From Planctomycetota bacterium (lineage in GTDB: Bacteria; Planctomycetota; PLA2; JAEUHO01), in NCBI GenBank assembly GCA_965223505.1, contig CBDCWP010000021.1, positions 384,001 to 448,000 of the forward strand: a stretch of 64,000 nt of DNA. The letters are read 5' to 3'. This document shows positions 40,212-50,579 of this stretch, in pieces. The notes beneath the pieces are model-generated. The model saw only the letters and a program-made list of their open reading frames with translations. It was not told the origin of the DNA and made no database searches. Position 1 is the stretch's first letter; every line of letters starts with the position of its first letter. A program made the translations under genes and the position numbers.

Positions 40212-43133
40212 ATGTGGAAGCGATTGGCGCTCCTCGCAGTGCTCATCTCCGTGGGGACACCGGCCCTCGCACGGCCGGACTCGCAGGAGCTCCTGAAGCG
40301 ATTGCTCGAAGCCCATGAGAGCGGCGACGTCGAAACCATGCAGCGGATCGTGCGGGATCCCCGCTTCGATGCGTGGCTCCTCGTCGAAGGGCTCTACGAG
40401 CGCGGCCACGCCGAGGCTGCGACCGCGTGTGCGCAGGCGACGGGCTGGCCCAAGTTGGTCGCGTACGCCAAGTGGCGCGCGGAGCATCCGCCGTTGCGCG
40501 AGGTGATCGAGGCGTTGAACGCGGTCGCCGAGCCGGACGCCGACCGCAAGGCCTGGTTGGACAAGTACCAGTCCCTTTCCGAACAGGAAGGGCAGGGCAT
40601 CCGGTTCTTCCGCTTCCTGGGCCGGGTCGGGCAGTCGCTCCACATCCTCGAGCGCTTCGACGAAGCCATCCCCATGTACGAGCGGGCGGCACGGGGCGCC
40701 CTCGATCTCGGTTGGCATGCGAGCGCAATCCGGATGTACGGGTTCGCGGGCAATGCAAGCCGCACCGCGAAGCGCTACGACGACTTCGAGCGATTGACGG
40801 CCCTGCGCGTCGAGCTGGCCGCGGACTCCGGACAGCACGCCCTGCACTTCCAGGTGCTGCGCCAGTCTTCCTATGAGTACAAGCGCATGGGACGTCCGCG
40901 CGACGCCCGCGCGTACTCGAGTGAAGCGGTGAAGATCGCCAAGTCGCCGTCCGAGTTGCGTGCCGCGCTGCGCGACCTCGCCTTCGTGGAGATCGATCTG
41001 GGCGAGACCCACGCCGCGGTCCGTTCGTTGACCCGGCTCCGCGAGCTCGAGGTGCAGGCCGATCGCCCGCTGAACGTCGCGCAGTGCGATCTGCAGCTCG
41101 CGATCGCCGAGGCCATGCTCGGGCGCTTCGAGCACGTGCTCGGCCGCGTCGCGAGTGCGATCGCCTACTTCGAGGAGCATGGAGACGACAAGAGCCGCTA
41201 CCTCGCGCACATCTCCGCCGGCAAGGCACACCTGATCATGCGCGACAGCAATCGCGCGTTGCATCACGTCGAAGAGGCGCGCAAGGCGATCGGCGGGGCG
41301 CGCGCCATGCAGGACCTCTCGCTCGAGGCCAGCGCGTTGTCCTACCTGGGCCGCATCGAGGAAGCCATTCCGGTCTTCGAGACGACGCTGCGGCTGAAGC
41401 GTTCGGCCAGGCCGGAGCACCGGGTGGCGGCGTACATCAATCTCGCCAACCTGCTTTCCTTCGTCAAACGGCCGCAGGAAGCGGAGTCGTATCTCGCCGA
41501 GGCGCGCAAGCTGCTGCCGGAGGTGAACGACCAGTCTGTCCATGCGCACGCCTACGCCGCCGAGAGCCTGGTGTTCGCCGAGAGCGGGCAGTGGGACCGC
41601 GCGATCGAAGCCGCCACGAAGGCGAGCGGGATCAACGGCGAGATGCTCAACCGGGAGCTCGGTGCCGCGAACGAAGTCATGCTGGCGCGCTGCTGGCTCG
41701 AGAAGGGCGATCCCAAACGGGCGATGGTCCACGCGTCGAACGCGCTGAAGTTCGTGCTCGAGCGATCGGCGGCGCTGCCGGCGCGGCTCGGAGCGCAGTA
41801 CCGATCGTCCCTCCGTAGCGCATTCCAGTACGCGGTGCTCGCGGCGGTTCGCGCGAACAACGAAGCCGACGTGTTCCAATTCGCCGAGCAGGCGGCCGCG
41901 GTCGCGCTTCGCAACCGTCTGGGGGCGCAAGAGGTCGTGCTGTACGCCTTCTCGGACGAGCTGCGAGAACGCGAGCTCGAGTTGCAGGAAGCCGAGACGC
42001 ACGCCATGGCGGCGCTGCGCGCGTCGCTGCAGACGCGCGACGCGACTACCCGCCGAAGCTCACTCGCCGCGGTCGGCAAGGTGCGCGAACAGCTGGACCG
42101 GCATCGTGAGCGGGTGCGCGCGGAGCAGGTCGCCGCCGGCCAGGTCGTCGATCCGGAGGTGGACGACCTCGCTTCGACGCAGGCTCGGCTCGGCAAGGAC
42201 GAAGCTCTCCTCATGTTCGTGCAGGGCGTGCACGAGATCTACGCGTACCGCGTCACGAAGACGGACGCGCAAACGGTTCGTCTCGGCTCCCGCGACGAGA
42301 TCCAAGCCCTGCTCGACGGCCTCGTGCTGGAAGATCCTCATGCGCCGGCGAAAGACATGGTGAGCGAGCTGCGCGAGAAGATCGCGAAGCCGCTCGGTCT
42401 CCCCTCCGTCGTCAAGCGTCTCGTGATCGTGCCGACCGGACGGGTCGCGCACTTGCCTTTCTCCGCGATCTGGCCCGCGCGTTCGATCCGTCTCGCCTCG
42501 TCCGCGACGATCGATCGGCTGCTCAAGACGCGCGACCCCAAGCCCGGCAAGGGCGTGCTCGCGATCGGCGACCCCGAAGGCGCCGACGGACGTCGCTTGC
42601 CGGGCGCGCGTGAAGAAGCGAAGGCGATCGGCGACGAGGTGCTGCTGGGCGCGGATGCGACCGAGGAGCGCCTGGAGAAGGCAATCGCGAGCCGCGAGCG
42701 CTGGCACGCGGTGCACATCGCCTGTCACGCGTTGATCGATCCGAACCACCCCCTTCGTTCCGCCCTGTCGCTCTCGCCCGCGGACAAACGCGACGGCCTT
42801 TGGACCGTGTCGGAGATCCTGCAGGCGTCGGTCTCGACGGATCTCGTCGCGCTCGGCGCGTGCTCGACGGGTCGCGGCAAGACGTTCGACCAGGAAGGCG
42901 CGCTGGGCTTCGTGCAGGCCTTCTTCGTCGCCGGTGCGAAGCGCGTGTTGGTGAGCCTGTGGGACGTGGACGACAAGGCGACGTCGGCTTTGCTCCAGCA
43001 GTTCCACGCGGAGTGGAAGCCGGGCGTGTCTCCGGCGCGTGCGCTCGCAACGGCGCAAGCGAAGATTCGCGAACAGCCGCGCTGGCGTCATCCGGCGTAC
43101 TGGGCGGCCTGGCAGCTGTGGGGGCCCGAGTAG
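40212..43133 (+). CDS. TPR + CHAT (caspase-like) domain protein with signal peptide
   Basis: Leader MWKRLALLAVLISVGTPALA; LVIVPTG, LPGAREEA, VHIACHA, LGACSTG, SLWDVDD and HPAYWAAW. Confidence 0.92.
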   Translation: MWKRLALLAVLISVGTPALARPDSQELLKRLLEAHESGDVETMQRIVRDPRFDAWLLVEGLYERGHAEAATACAQATGWPKLVAYAKWRAEHPPLREVIEALNAVAEPDADRKAWLDKYQSLSEQEGQGIRFFRFLGRVGQSLHILERFDEAIPMYERAARGALDLGWHASAIRMYGFAGNASRTAKRYDDFERLTALRVELAADSGQHALHFQVLRQSSYEYKRMGRPRDARAYSSEAVKIAKSPSELRAALRDLAFVEIDLGETHAAVRSLTRLRELEVQADRPLNVAQCDLQLAIAEAMLGRFEHVLGRVASAIAYFEEHGDDKSRYLAHISAGKAHLIMRDSNRALHHVEEARKAIGGARAMQDLSLEASALSYLGRIEEAIPVFETTLRLKRSARPEHRVAAYINLANLLSFVKRPQEAESYLAEARKLLPEVNDQSVHAHAYAAESLVFAESGQWDRAIEAATKASGINGEMLNRELGAANEVMLARCWLEKGDPKRAMVHASNALKFVLERSAALPARLGAQYRSSLRSAFQYAVLAAVRANNEADVFQFAEQAAAVALRNRLGAQEVVLYAFSDELRERELELQEAETHAMAALRASLQTRDATTRRSSLAAVGKVREQLDRHRERVRAEQVAAGQVVDPEVDDLASTQARLGKDEALLMFVQGVHEIYAYRVTKTDAQTVRLGSRDEIQALLDGLVLEDPHAPAKDMVSELREKIAKPLGLPSVVKRLVIVPTGRVAHLPFSAIWPARSIRLASSATIDRLLKTRDPKPGKGVLAIGDPEGADGRRLPGAREEAKAIGDEVLLGADATEERLEKAIASRERWHAVHIACHALIDPNHPLRSALSLSPADKRDGLWTVSEILQASVSTDLVALGACSTGRGKTFDQEGALGFVQAFFVAGAKRVLVSLWDVDDKATSALLQQFHAEWKPGVSPARALATAQAKIREQPRWRHPAYWAAWQLWGPE

Positions 43134-43256
43134 GCTCCGCGCGCGTGCCGCCCGGCAGCGTTCCGGTGCTTGTGTCCCGGTTACGACAACGCATTCCCTC
43201 GGTGGCAAACGACCGGCGACGACGTTGACAGCAATACGATTGGACGGACTGCTCTC

Positions 43257-43874
43257 ATGCGCACCTCGAACCTCTGTCTCCTGGGTTTTCTCATCGTCCT
43301 TGCCGGCTGCGGTGACGCGCCGAAGCCGACCGCAGCCGGCCCGGCAGGCCGAGGCATCCGTCCGGCATCCCTGGCCGAACGCGTCGCGGCATCGATGACG
43401 GAGGCCTTGCAGCAGACCCTGGAAGCGCGTGCGGATGCACGCATGCTCGCGGCGATGAGCGCGGCGGAGGAGGTCGAGATCCTCGCACTGCACCCGTGGT
43501 CCGTGGAGGAGCTCTCGGAGTCCGATGAGGAAGAGGAGCGGGAGATGGCCAAGCGGGAGTCGTTTCACGGCTATCCGATCCTCGGGCGCAAGACGCTCTC
43601 CGATCCGGCGGATCGCGAGCGCATCGTGACGCTCGTGGCCGAGGGCATCGCGCGCAGCGATGAGGAGGTCGCCGAGTGCTTCTATCCGCGCCACGGTTTG
43701 CGCATCCGAGGCGCCGGTCATTCGATCGACCTCGTGATCTGCTACGAGTGCATCCAGATGCACGTCCACGGGTTGCCGGCCGAGGCGAGGAGTAACGCCA
43801 ACACGACGGACGCTGTCGAGCCGCGCGTCTCCGCCTTCTTCCGCGAGCACGGCCTCGAGATCAGCGAGAACTGA
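43257..43874 (+). CDS. Hypothetical lipoprotein
   Basis: Lipobox LAGC; CFYPRHG and ICYEC motifs. Confidence 0.75.
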   Translation: MRTSNLCLLGFLIVLAGCGDAPKPTAAGPAGRGIRPASLAERVAASMTEALQQTLEARADARMLAAMSAAEEVEILALHPWSVEELSESDEEEEREMAKRESFHGYPILGRKTLSDPADRERIVTLVAEGIARSDEEVAECFYPRHGLRIRGAGHSIDLVICYECIQMHVHGLPAEARSNANTTDAVEPRVSAFFREHGLEISEN

Positions 43875-44073
43875 GCTCTACGAAGGTTCCTCTGCGCGTC
43901 GGTTGTGGAGGTGCTTCCCGTATCGACCCCGGCGCGTCGAGGATCCCGCGCGTGAGCTGGTAGTGGCTCGTGTCCTCGAGGCCGATGTCGGGCAGCTGCG
44001 GATCGTCGAAGTTCGCGATCTGAGCGCCGGGACCGTCATCAGGACGGGCGAGAAGGAACCACAGAGCCGAACC

Positions 44074-47031
44074 CTATTCCTCCACGAACCGGTTCACGCC
44101 CTGGATGCCCATGCGGCCGCCCGGAACGTCGAGCTTCAATCGCGCGCCGGCGCGCCAGAGCTCGATCGCGACGGCGTCGATCGGGTCGGTGTCCTGAATC
44201 GCCGTGACCAGATCCACGACATTGCGTACCCGCGCACCCCTGTAGACGAGCAGGACGTCGCCGACCCGGACGCCGGCTTCCTTCGCCCGGCTCGTCGGCG
44301 CGAAGCCCACCACCTCGACGCCGTTCGACGGATGGAGCTTCACCGTCTGCTCCGCCTTCCTCGCGTCCGGCGTGATCTCGACCGTCAGCGCCTTCGCCAC
44401 GTAGCCCGGCGCTCGCAGCACGTACTCGTGCGTTCCGATCGCGAGATCGCGGTCGTCGACCACCGACCCCTGCGCCAGGCCGCCGCCGCTCATCTCGCGC
44501 GAACGGTACGCATACGAAGCGTCGGGAACGGGCTTGCTCGTCAGCGCGTCGACGATGCGAAACACGGCTTGCCCGTCACGTGGGTCCGAGACGATCCGGA
44601 TCTCGATCGGCCCCTCGACCTCGGCGGGGTTGATCCGTGGCGCGTCGTGCACGCGGTAGTCGCTGAACGCGCTCACGATCTCATAGACGCGTGCCTGCGG
44701 CAGCGGGAGCTCGAAGCTGCCGTCGTCCTTCAGGCGTGTGGAGACGCGGAACCCCGCGCCCTCGACCGGCCGAGCAAGCAAGGACGGATTGCCGAGCGAC
44801 GACGCCCCCTCGTCCGTCTTCTTCCACTCCGTCGTGCCGCGCAGCGGGTAGGCGAGGTCGATGTCGAAGCGCCGCACCTTGCCCTCCTCGCACTCGAAGG
44901 CGCGTTGGAGGAACACCTGCGGATGGTCGCTGGAGATGCCGATCCCGTGCGCTCCGGGCTCGAGACCGTCGAACCGGAACGCGCCGTTCTCATCGGTGGC
45001 GATCTGCACGCGGCGCCGCCGGGGCGTGTCGAGACTGACCCACGCGCCGCCGATCGGTTCACCGTTCACCCGAAGCACGCCCGCAACCGCCGTCTGGTCG
45101 GGGCCGCCCAGCGTGATCTCCCGCGTCTCGCCGGGAGCGAGCGTCACGGGAAGCACGGATACGATCGACAACGTGCGCGCGTTCAGCACGACCAGCTCGA
45201 TGGGTTCGCCCGCCGGTACGTTCGTCGCGGAGGCACGACCGCCGGCGTCCAACGTCGCGCGGTCGATCAGGATGCGGTCGCTGTCGCGCCGAATGATCAG
45301 CGTGCTCCCGGCGGCGGGTCGGCCGTCGGGACGCAGGACCGTCACCGTCAGCTGCGCCGAACGCGCCATGCGCACGTCAATGCGCGTTCCGTTCGCGTGT
45401 CCGGACAGGCTCAGTCCCTGCGACCCGTAACCGGGCTTCGAGATGCGCAGGTCGGTGCTGAGCAGGCGTCCCTTCGCGATCGCGACGGGCACCACGTACA
45501 CGCCCTGTCGACCGCGGGCGTCGACCTCGACGGGCCACGGGTAGGACCGTCCATTGACTTCGGTCTGCCCCACGATCCTGACGTCCTCCAGCAGCTGTTC
45601 GGTCTCCGCGTCCACGACGCCGAGCTCGAGCTCGCCGACCTCGGGTAGCTCGACGTCGCCGATGTTCGTCGTCTTGCCGGGAGCGACGTCGATGCCGCGC
45701 TGGTCGTAGTACGCCGCGCCGTTCGCCTCGAAGAGCGGCGGATGACCGTCTGCCTGGAACAGCAGCACGTGCGCACCCGGTTCGAGCGGGCCGATCCGGA
45801 AGGCGCCGTCCGCATCGTCCACGTCGGCCACGCGATCGACGGTGAGTTCCTCCGGCAATACCGCGCCCGCGGACGCCACGCTCTGGTCGACGGTCTCGCC
45901 CGGGGGGAAGAGTCGGCCCACCGCAAGGACGCGGTAGCGGCGCATCGGTGCGCCGCCGGCGTCGATCAAGCGGCCCTCGATGAAGCCACCCTCGAGGCGA
46001 ATGAGCGTGATCGGCTCCGCGGAAGGCCGCGCGGCTCGAACGACGTTGCGCGCGTGCTCCGGATGTTCGACGACCAGATGGAACGCGCCGGTCCGATCAC
46101 GCGAGTTCGTCAGATCGAACCGGCCGTCCGCGTCCGTCTCGGCGGTAATCGATCGAAGCTGCTGGAAGTCGAACGCGATGACGCGCGCGCCGGTGACGGG
46201 TTCGCCCGTGACCGGATCCACGACCCGGCCGAAGACGCGCGGCGTGCGATCGATGACGTCGTCGTTCGCCTCCGGCGGAGTCGTTTCGGCGGTCACGAGG
46301 CCCGGCGCTGCGCCGGCTTCGCCATCCGAGACGAGCGCCTTGCCGTCGTCGGCAGGCGTTCGTTGCGCTTCGTCCTCCGAGCGCGCGTCGTCGAACATCC
46401 ACCACACGGCGAGTCCGATCACCAAGGCGACCGCGACGACGACCATCTTCTTGCCCACGAGAAGTCCTCCGAGAGTGAGCCCGCCTTCGCGGATGGGGAG
46501 CATGGGAACGAGCGCGCCCAGCGCGCCGCGCCAGCGCTTGTCGTCACCGCCGTACGTCGAGGCGAGCCGCGCGCGCATCCGCGCGAGGCCGCTCCGGAGT
46601 CGGTTGTGGACGGTGTGCACCGGTACGTCGAGCGCTTCGGCGACCTTGCGCGGAGGAAGACCCTCGTCGTAACGAAGCAGCACGACGTCGCGCTCCGCGT
46701 CGGGCAGGCGGAGAATGGCGTCGATCAGGTTGCGGCGCGTCGCTTCGCGCTCGAGGATGGCCTCGGGCGAACGGTCCTCCGGACTGCGCCGGGCGCGATC
46801 TTCGTGTACCTGCCGTCGCCGTTCTCCGCGCCGGGTGTTGCGCACGACGTTTCGAAGCGTGCGTGACAGCCAGCCGCGCGGACTGCTGACGTCCGGACGC
46901 TTCTGCCACGCGAGGGCGAGCGTTTCCTGGACGGCGTCGTCCGCCAGATCGGGCGAGCGCAGCAGACGAACCGCGAGCCGTCGCAGGAAGTCGGCGTGAA
47001 CCGAGAGGTCTTCGGGGGTCAGGGCAGCCAT
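44074..47031 (-). CDS. ECF sigma factor fused to TM helix, carboxypeptidase-regulatory-like repeats and PDZ domain
   Basis: ADDAVQET and LRYDEGL...VHNRLRSG (sigma regions 2/4); TM VVVAVALVIGLAVWW; GRVVD...TDADGRF repeats; AKEAGVRVGDVLL PDZ. Confidence 0.9.
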   Translation of the reverse strand: MAALTPEDLSVHADFLRRLAVRLLRSPDLADDAVQETLALAWQKRPDVSSPRGWLSRTLRNVVRNTRRGERRRQVHEDRARRSPEDRSPEAILEREATRRNLIDAILRLPDAERDVVLLRYDEGLPPRKVAEALDVPVHTVHNRLRSGLARMRARLASTYGGDDKRWRGALGALVPMLPIREGGLTLGGLLVGKKMVVVAVALVIGLAVWWMFDDARSEDEAQRTPADDGKALVSDGEAGAAPGLVTAETTPPEANDDVIDRTPRVFGRVVDPVTGEPVTGARVIAFDFQQLRSITAETDADGRFDLTNSRDRTGAFHLVVEHPEHARNVVRAARPSAEPITLIRLEGGFIEGRLIDAGGAPMRRYRVLAVGRLFPPGETVDQSVASAGAVLPEELTVDRVADVDDADGAFRIGPLEPGAHVLLFQADGHPPLFEANGAAYYDQRGIDVAPGKTTNIGDVELPEVGELELGVVDAETEQLLEDVRIVGQTEVNGRSYPWPVEVDARGRQGVYVVPVAIAKGRLLSTDLRISKPGYGSQGLSLSGHANGTRIDVRMARSAQLTVTVLRPDGRPAAGSTLIIRRDSDRILIDRATLDAGGRASATNVPAGEPIELVVLNARTLSIVSVLPVTLAPGETREITLGGPDQTAVAGVLRVNGEPIGGAWVSLDTPRRRRVQIATDENGAFRFDGLEPGAHGIGISSDHPQVFLQRAFECEEGKVRRFDIDLAYPLRGTTEWKKTDEGASSLGNPSLLARPVEGAGFRVSTRLKDDGSFELPLPQARVYEIVSAFSDYRVHDAPRINPAEVEGPIEIRIVSDPRDGQAVFRIVDALTSKPVPDASYAYRSREMSGGGLAQGSVVDDRDLAIGTHEYVLRAPGYVAKALTVEITPDARKAEQTVKLHPSNGVEVVGFAPTSRAKEAGVRVGDVLLVYRGARVRNVVDLVTAIQDTDPIDAVAIELWRAGARLKLDVPGGRMGIQGVNRFVEE

Positions 47032-47133
47032 GGAGCGGTGGTCTCCACTCCATTGTGTCCGCTCGGCAAGGATCCTGTTGATCGCCCGCATCCAGGAGGC
47101 TCGCGGGTCGCGCGCTCCCGCGGGCCGAAGCGA

Positions 47134-47739
47134 TCAGTCGCCCGAGGTCGCGTCGAGCAGGCGACGCACGGTCTCGTCCGATAGCAGGCCGCCGAGGCGC
47201 GACCTGGTGCGATCGACGAGCTCGTCGTACGCGTCGCGAAGCGCCTTCCGCTCTGCCGCATCCGCGTTCTCCTTGCCCTCGTAGAGATCGCGTACGGCCT
47301 GCGCGTGGGCGGCCAGGATCGCGGCTGCTTCCTCGCGATCCTCCGACGCGACCTCGTTGTCGATCCGCTCGATCTGCCGTTCGAATCGAGCAAGATCCTG
47401 CGCGCGGGCGTTCTCCTGCGCCCGCTTGCGCGCCTCGAGAATCACGCGCGGCGTCTCGCCTTCCGGCTCCGCCCCGTCGGTCGTGCTCGGGAGAACGCGC
47501 GACTCGACCGCGCGGAGACGCGCTCCCATCCGTTCGAGCTCGAGCGCGGCGTCGGGCCCCTCGAGAGACGGCGTCGGTTCCGCACGCTCGACGGCGCGCA
47601 TGCGGCGGCCCAGCCGCTCGAGGGACTCCCTCGTCTCTGTCCGCGCTGCTCGCAGGTCGGGCGCGACGAAGAGATGGTGGTAGAGCGCGACCAATGCCAC
47701 GGTGGTCACAGCGCTCGCGAACGTGTGTTTGAACGTCAT
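47134..47739 (-). CDS. Membrane-anchored coiled-coil hypothetical protein
   Basis: N-terminal hydrophobic helix followed by charged helical sequence. Confidence 0.65.
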   Translation of the reverse strand: MTFKHTFASAVTTVALVALYHHLFVAPDLRAARTETRESLERLGRRMRAVERAEPTPSLEGPDAALELERMGARLRAVESRVLPSTTDGAEPEGETPRVILEARKRAQENARAQDLARFERQIERIDNEVASEDREEAAAILAAHAQAVRDLYEGKENADAAERKALRDAYDELVDRTRSRLGGLLSDETVRRLLDATSGD

Positions 47740-47786
47740 CGGAGGCTCGGTCCGCACCCGCTGCTCGCGGGCGCCGACGGCGTCGG

Positions 47787-48293
47787 CTACTGCGGTCCGA
47801 CGCTGATGAAGAAGAAGCCGTCGTCCACCGGGTTGCCGGCGGCGTCGTTCACCGTGAACGAGAAGCTCCCGGCGCCGTCGAATCCGTTGGTGTGATAGAC
47901 GGGCGATGCCGAGTTGGCGTGATCGACGACGAACGACGGACGGCCACCGAAGGGCTGGGTGTACGTCACGGTGTAGCTCCCGACGCCGTTGCGCGTCGCG
48001 GTGAACCCGTCTCCGTGGGAGACGACCCCGGTGGAGGTCACGCCGCCCCATACGACGCGCAGATCCGTGCCGGAATCCCGTACGTAGCGCGCGTCGTGGT
48101 CGTGCGCGTTGCCCGTGTCCGCGATGTGCGCTTCGAGCGCGGCGGTATTGGTGGCCTGTTGCGCCTCGAGCGCCGCGACACGGCTGCCCAGGTCGGTGCC
48201 GGTGCGCGTGCGTGCCTGGACGAACGAGGGCACGATCAGCACCCCCACGACGGCGGCTACGAACAAGATGAGAGAAGTGCGTTTGCGTGTCAT
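47787..48293 (-). CDS. Secreted protein with tail-fibre-like motifs
   Basis: AAGGAGG RBS; signal peptide ending VQA; short coiled coil, AHIADTGNAH, HDHDARY and a beta-rich C-terminus. Confidence 0.7.
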   Translation of the reverse strand: MTRKRTSLILFVAAVVGVLIVPSFVQARTRTGTDLGSRVAALEAQQATNTAALEAHIADTGNAHDHDARYVRDSGTDLRVVWGGVTSTGVVSHGDGFTATRNGVGSYTVTYTQPFGGRPSFVVDHANSASPVYHTNGFDGAGSFSFTVNDAAGNPVDDGFFFISVGPQ

Positions 48294-48473
48294 CGAATCC
48301 CTCCTTCCCGATGGAGTCTGTGTGCCGTAGATCATGTCGAATGCGCGGTTCGCTGCGCAATCAGAATGTGCCTCCAGCGATCGAATAGGGCAGTTTCAGG
48401 GCATCTTGAGGCCGTTACGTGTCAAGTCGTGGCCCCGCCGGACGGGCGATGCCCCGTGCGGTACGCTCTCGCG

Positions 48474-49613
48474 ATGCGCAGAACCCTCTCGATTTGGCTC
48501 CTGCTTCTCGCTGCATTCGGCAACGTTCACGGGAACCCGGACGAGAACGCTCCCGTCCTTCGACCGTTGCCGCTCGTCGAGGGCGTGCGAGACGTGTTGA
48601 ATCGCAAAGGCGACCTTGCGGCGCTGAAGAAGACCGACGAGTACCGCCGCGCCAAGCACGTCGGTCTGGACCTGGCCGACTACGACGGCGATCCCGTCGT
48701 CGCGCACGGGATGCGCGATGGAACACTGTTCTACGTCTTCTACAAGAAGATCGAGCGCGCCTACGCACGGCGTGTTTGGGTCGTGCAGCGCATCAAACGC
48801 ACCGAGCGCAACTGGCGGAAGGGCGTCGACGAGCCGGAGACGAAGGTCACCTACCAGGTCGAGGCGTTCAAGCTCTTCAGCGGTGAGCAGAAGCGCGGTG
48901 ACCAGCATCACGGCGGCTACGGGATCAAGGACTTCGTTCGACGGGAGATCGTCAAGGAGTACGAGATCGGGTTCGCCGACATTCCGGGGCTCGCGGAAGG
49001 CGATCCGTGGCCCTGGAAGAAATCGACGCTGTTCGAGTACATCGCCCGCTACGGCCGAAGTGACGAGGTCTATCGAAAGGTCTCGTTCCACCGCTCGGTG
49101 ACGTGGTCGCTGACGGTCACGCTCGACGCGGCCGGCAATTATCGCGTCTTGGCGCCCGAGCTGGGAATCGACGTGCCCGTGAAACGCACGGACCCCGCCC
49201 GCACGTTGCCCGAGCCCCTGACCGTCGGAGCGTCGCTGGTGCTCGTTCGCGGCGTCGGGCTCGAAGGCACGCGCGCGGACGAGGGCTGGTTCGACGACTA
49301 CGTCGAGCGGGCGGGCAAGGTGCTGCAGGAGGAGCGCTTCGCGTCGGGCCACTCGAACACGATTCTCGCCGCCGGGTTGATGGCGAACCGGCGCAAGGAC
49401 GGCTCGCTCAACACGCTGCAGACCCGGGCGGGCTTCGCCGGCCGCACCAAGGAAGGGATCGCCGTCGGTTCGCCGCGTTGGGCGGTGCTCAAGGCCTACG
49501 GCCAGCCGAAGGACGCGAAGGTCGGCGCGGCATGGTGGCACTACGGCGACATCGGGTTCTGGTTCGACGGATTGGACCGTGTGGGGCGCTTCTACGTTCG
49601 GGCGAAACGCTAG
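48474..49613 (+). CDS. Secreted hypothetical protein
   Basis: Signal peptide MRRTLSIWLLLLAAFGNVHG; GC3-rich coding bias. Confidence 0.75.
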   Translation: MRRTLSIWLLLLAAFGNVHGNPDENAPVLRPLPLVEGVRDVLNRKGDLAALKKTDEYRRAKHVGLDLADYDGDPVVAHGMRDGTLFYVFYKKIERAYARRVWVVQRIKRTERNWRKGVDEPETKVTYQVEAFKLFSGEQKRGDQHHGGYGIKDFVRREIVKEYEIGFADIPGLAEGDPWPWKKSTLFEYIARYGRSDEVYRKVSFHRSVTWSLTVTLDAAGNYRVLAPELGIDVPVKRTDPARTLPEPLTVGASLVLVRGVGLEGTRADEGWFDDYVERAGKVLQEERFASGHSNTILAAGLMANRRKDGSLNTLQTRAGFAGRTKEGIAVGSPRWAVLKAYGQPKDAKVGAAWWHYGDIGFWFDGLDRVGRFYVRAKR

Positions 49614-49790
49614 GTCCTCTATCGCCGGTTCTCAAGCGCCGTCGGGCTTGCCATCCGTTTCCGGCTTCGGCGCGAACTGGAAGGGGACCGTCAAGTCGCC
49701 ATTCATTTCGAAGGGCGTCGGTGCCGGGAGCGCGATCTTCGCGTGCGTCGTTCCCTCGGGGGGCTGCACCGCAGCCCCGGCGGCGCCGCC

Positions 49791-50579
49791 TCACCCATAC
49801 CGCATCGCCCCCTCGGCGAGCACGTCGCCGTCGGCGTTCAAGCACTGCCACGTCAGGCCGATGCGCTTGCCCCTGCGGTAGAGCGTGTTGCCCAGCCGCT
49901 TCTCCGCCTGGAAGACGACGCCGATCCGGTGCTGCCCCTTGCGCTCGAACGCACGCGCCTTCACCACGAGGCCGGTCCGCACGGCGCAGTGCGTCGTTTC
50001 GTCGGCCGTCACCTCGATTTCGCGGAAGGACGGCGAGGTCGTGGACCAGATCCACTCGGTTCCGTCCTTCTCCGCCTCGATGTGCCGGTAGCCGGTCACC
50101 TGGTACGAACCCACGGGCAACGGACGCTCGCGTTGCTCGTCATCGGGCGACCACCGCAGGCGGTACGTCTGTGACCTGTCGCCCTTGCGGAAGAGGAACA
50201 GCTCTCCATTGGCGATGGTCGACGTCACGAGCCCCGTCGGCGTCTCGTCGCCGTGCGAGGCCGTCGCAGACACGACGCAGGTCGGCTTGCCCTCTGCGTC
50301 GTTCTCGAGGTACTTGATCAAGGCCTCACGGGCCTCGGGCGGGGTGCCCGTTCACGAGGTTTCGGTCACCTGCCGCAGGAACGCGCGATCGGTCTCGAAG
50401 GTCGTGTCCGGCACGGTGTGGCACTTGGCGCAGGTGTGATGCCACGCTTCCTTCGCCTTGGCCGTCCAATCGACCGCGTCCTCGTCGGTCTTGTCGTCGG
50501 CGGCGAGCTCCATCATGCCGATGGAGAACCACGTGGCGACGACGACGGCGAGCATGCTTGCGCGTACCGGAATGCTCAT
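49791..50579 (-). CDS. Exported monoheme c-type cytochrome domain protein with in-frame UGA (putative selenocysteine 76)
   Basis: GGAGGT RBS, signal peptide and CAKCH (aa 50-54). TGA at 50352-50354 is in frame with ORF 49791-50321; readthrough gives ...VTETS-U-TGTPPEAREALIKYL, 262 aa. Confidence 0.75.
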
